From: Pelagomonas calceolata
Taxonomy: Eukaryota
Assembly (NCBI GenBank): GCA_918797485.1
Contig: CAKKNE010000001.1
Span: forward strand, 558,001-622,000
Length of the DNA stretch: 64,000 nt
Direction of reading: 5' to 3'
In this document: one piece after another, positions 61,450 through 64,000 of the stretch
Layout of the letters: each line of letters begins with the position of its first letter
Position numbering within the stretch: the first letter of the stretch is position 1
Notes under the pieces: model-generated
Database searches by the model: none
What the model was told of the DNA's origin: nothing
What the model saw: only the letters and a program-made list of their open reading frames with translations
Position numbers and translations under genes: made by a program

Positions 61450-62889
61450 TTAGTTCACATTACCCAGCGCCGCCACCAGCCTCTCGAACGACGGCCGCGC
61501 CGCCGCGTCGCCCTGGAGGCAGTCGTCGGCGACGGCCAAGAGCCGGTCCCGCGTCGCCGCCGCGCCGACGATTCGCGTCGCGACCTCCGCGCACAAGACC
61601 CCGAACGCGCGGACCTCGACGCGCTCGATCAGCCTTTGCGCCGACGGCGCGAGCTCGCCGTAGTAGAACGACGCGCCAAAGTCCCCGAGCTTCGCCGCGC
61701 CCGTCGAATCCAATACGAGCGTGTTGTGGCCGTAGACGTCGCCGTGCGCCACGCGCTTCGAATGCAGGTACCGCAGCGCCTCGGCCAAACCCTTTAGGAG
61801 CGTAATGGAGAAGGCGCTCGAGAAGCGCTCGCCGTCCTCGTAGCGGTCCCGCGTCACTTCTATTATGGTAGGGGGCCTCGCGAGGTCCCTCGCATTCTTC
61901 GTCAGGCGCTCCATGACGACGGCCGGCGGTTCTCGTATGATGGCCAGCGTCTTGATTAATGTGGAAGGCGTCTCCCCAGCAACGCGCTCGTGCACCGCGA
62001 GCTCGTCCCGCGCGGCGCCGTCCGACGACGTCTCGAGCAGCTCCTTGACGGCGCAGGGCGTGCCTTTGAAGGACGCGGACCGCACACTGCCGGAAGCGCC
62101 CTTGCCGAGGGCGACGGCGTCGCTGAAATCGATCCGGGCCATCGTCGTCTCGAGCGCGCTAGCCAGTTGGCCGAAGCCGACGAGCCGCGGGTTCCCGGCC
62201 AGCGCGACCCAAGCTAATCTAGGCGCCCTCAGCACTTCGTCCGGCAGGGACTGCAGGTCGTTGTTCGCGAGGCGCACTAATTCTAGGGATGCTAGGTTTT
62301 TTGAGGGGTTAGTGCCGCCAGTAAACGAAGTGAGCTTGTTGTTCGCCAACATGAGCTTTCTTATAGAAGAGAACTTGCGCCACGCTTCCTCATCGATTGT
62401 CGTAATTTGGTTGTCCGTGAAGATGGCGTGGATTAAGTGCGGGGGTAACGCGTCTCCATGTAACTTGGTGAGGCCGTTGCTCTTGAGTCCCAGGCGCGTC
62501 AGCGACGTCATTCGCGCGAGGACCTTCGGGACACTCTGCATGCGTCTGCTCCCCAGCACGAAGAGGATTTCGAGCCGCGTGCACTTTGCTAACGTCATCG
62601 GTAGGTCCGTGAGGTCGTTGCCTCCTAAATCAAGTTTCTTGAGCGATGCGCACTGGCCGATGGCCGCCGGCAGCTCCGTCAGGCCGCAGTTCCTCAACGA
62701 AAGCTCGACCAAAGAAGGGAGGCGCGGCGCCCAGCGGGGGTTTGTGAGGACGTCGCATGGTATTTCTTCATTATCCTTGGCCTCGTCTTGTCGTGAGAAC
62801 GCGTATAGGACGGCGAACGCTACCAAAGCTCCAGCGAGGGCGACGCGTCGTTGCGAGAGTAGTACGAGCCACGGCTGCGGCTTTGGCAT
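61450..62889 (-). CDS. LRR-containing protein kinase (bacterial/fungal LRR-kinase type) with N-terminal TM
   Basis: LRRs; LGKGASG, AVK, SDG..RDEL, VAHGDVYGHNTL, LGDFGAS, ERVEVRAFG. Confidence 0.9.
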   Translation of the reverse strand: MPKPQPWLVLLSQRRVALAGALVAFAVLYAFSRQDEAKDNEEIPCDVLTNPRWAPRLPSLVELSLRNCGLTELPAAIGQCASLKKLDLGGNDLTDLPMTLAKCTRLEILFVLGSRRMQSVPKVLARMTSLTRLGLKSNGLTKLHGDALPPHLIHAIFTDNQITTIDEEAWRKFSSIRKLMLANNKLTSFTGGTNPSKNLASLELVRLANNDLQSLPDEVLRAPRLAWVALAGNPRLVGFGQLASALETTMARIDFSDAVALGKGASGSVRSASFKGTPCAVKELLETSSDGAARDELAVHERVAGETPSTLIKTLAIIREPPAVVMERLTKNARDLARPPTIIEVTRDRYEDGERFSSAFSITLLKGLAEALRYLHSKRVAHGDVYGHNTLVLDSTGAAKLGDFGASFYYGELAPSAQRLIERVEVRAFGVLCAEVATRIVGAAATRDRLLAVADDCLQGDAAARPSFERLVAALGNVN

Positions 62890-63393
62890 CTTTTTTTTTG
62901 GCAGGCCTTGCTCGGCGGCTGCTAGCTTGTTGCTGCTGCTATTGTTACGGCGCATGCAAGGCTGCAGCTGTCGTGCAGCGCAAGCCCCGTTGCCTTTTCC
63001 TTGTGCGCAAACTGTGTCGTCGGCCACGCAAACTCCACCCGACGACTGTGCGTCAAGGACGGCGCGGCGAATGGTCGTGTGCTCGGGGCGGTTGCTGAGT
63101 AGCAACGCTTGCACACCTGCGCTTGAGCTGTGCAACAATGCGTGCCTGCTCAGCTCTTTTGTGTCGACGCCACGACTAACTAGCGTCGTGTAGACACTAG
63201 CATTTTTTTTGCACAGCCCCGATGAATCGGCGACGCGCGGTGTCTCCCCCCCAGGGACTACGCCCACTAGTCCTAGCACCGTAACATCGTCAAACCGCCA
63301 GGGGTCTGCTGCCCCTTCACGCCATCGAGGCAACGTGGTTCGTAGACGACCCAGTTCATCCAAAAACGAATTGATTACCCCCGCAAAAAACAC

Positions 63394-64000
63394 TCAGTCG
63401 TCGCAGCCGCAGTCGGCGGGCGGGAACGGCGTCGGGTCCTCGTAGAAGAGCAACGGAAACATGCCGAAGACGCAGCCCACGATGATGCCCAGCGCGCCGC
63501 CCAATGCATGGACGCGCGTCGCGCTCGCCGTCGCGCGCTGCGCGGCCGACAGGTTCGCGCACGGCAGCACGGGTCTCAATAAACGCTCGACCGTCCCGCC
63601 GGAGACCTGGCCCGTCGTGTCGGCCACGATGTTGCCCATGGCCGCGCAGGCCATCGCGCTCAAGCCTAGACTCATGCCGAGATGCGCCTCGATCTGCTCG
63701 CCGGCCACCAACATGATGGCGTTGTCCAGAAATCCAAAGGTAAAGCACGGCACCGCCGCCACTAAACCAAGCTTCATCAACTGCGATCTAGATGGAGGCT
63801 CCGTCGCGCGGCTCGCCGACACGGCGAGCAGGGTTGGCGCCCGCCGCCGCCACCAGGCGCTGAGCTCGGCTTCCGTGACGACGCCGTCGTGGTTCAGGTC
63901 CGCCTCCGCAGCTATCGCTTGGCCCGACATATTCGTTTCTTTCTCTAAACGTCTTCCGACGGCCGCGGCGAGCTTCTTGAACTCGGCCTCTGGTAGTGTT
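63394..64000 (-). CDS. TMEM65-like membrane protein with an EF-hand-like loop; 5'-partial at the window edge
   Basis: DLNHDGVVTEAE; AAVPCFTFGFLDNAIMLVAGEQIE...SAMACAAMGN; IIVGCVFGMFPLLF; frame open to 64000. Confidence 0.88.
   Translation of the reverse strand, partial: TLPEAEFKKLAAAVGRRLEKETNMSGQAIAAEADLNHDGVVTEAELSAWWRRRAPTLLAVSASRATEPPSRSQLMKLGLVAAVPCFTFGFLDNAIMLVAGEQIEAHLGMSLGLSAMACAAMGNIVADTTGQVSGGTVERLLRPVLPCANLSAAQRATASATRVHALGGALGIIVGCVFGMFPLLFYEDPTPFPPADCGCDD

Noticed and set aside
62890..63393. N-terminal extension of the 647-aa kinase ORF
   Set aside because: It covers intergenic-like DNA with the paired-CTAG motif and T-runs; the likely start is the ATG at 62889.
1..64000. tRNA, rRNA or an autonomous transposase gene
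   Set aside because: None recognised by eye; a covariance-model and HMM scan would be needed to exclude them.

Overview
GC-rich, CpG-rich, very gene-dense eukaryotic nuclear DNA with about 40 mostly intron-poor protein genes and short intergenic gaps. The gene set includes a MYST acetyltransferase, TBCE, SNRNP40, NMD3, IFT88, a CobW GTPase, mTERFs and several proteins with signal-plus-transit presequences. Together with the intron types, this points to a flagellated alga with a secondary plastid, probably a pelagophyte such as Pelagomonas (inference only). The main signal is a family of intron-generating mini DNA transposons (introner elements). Four copies (44991-45176, 45320-45522, 58890-59092, 59711-59821) have 15-bp terminal inverted repeats CTGTGTGGAAATCAA...TTGATTTCCACACAG and perfect 8-bp target-site duplications beginning GT or GC. 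Removing each as an intron (donor from the TSD, AG from the TIR) exactly restores the reading frame, in either orientation. All seven other introns inferred within intact genes carry a motif from the introner's internal hairpin (CACGCCATCGACGCGAC-like). A paired-CTAG motif (CTAGC..N..ACACTAG) recurs in about 13 upstream, mostly divergent, intergenic regions. There are also several chimeric or truncated gene junctions and unusual domain fusions. All product calls come from motif recognition by eye; no database search was run.
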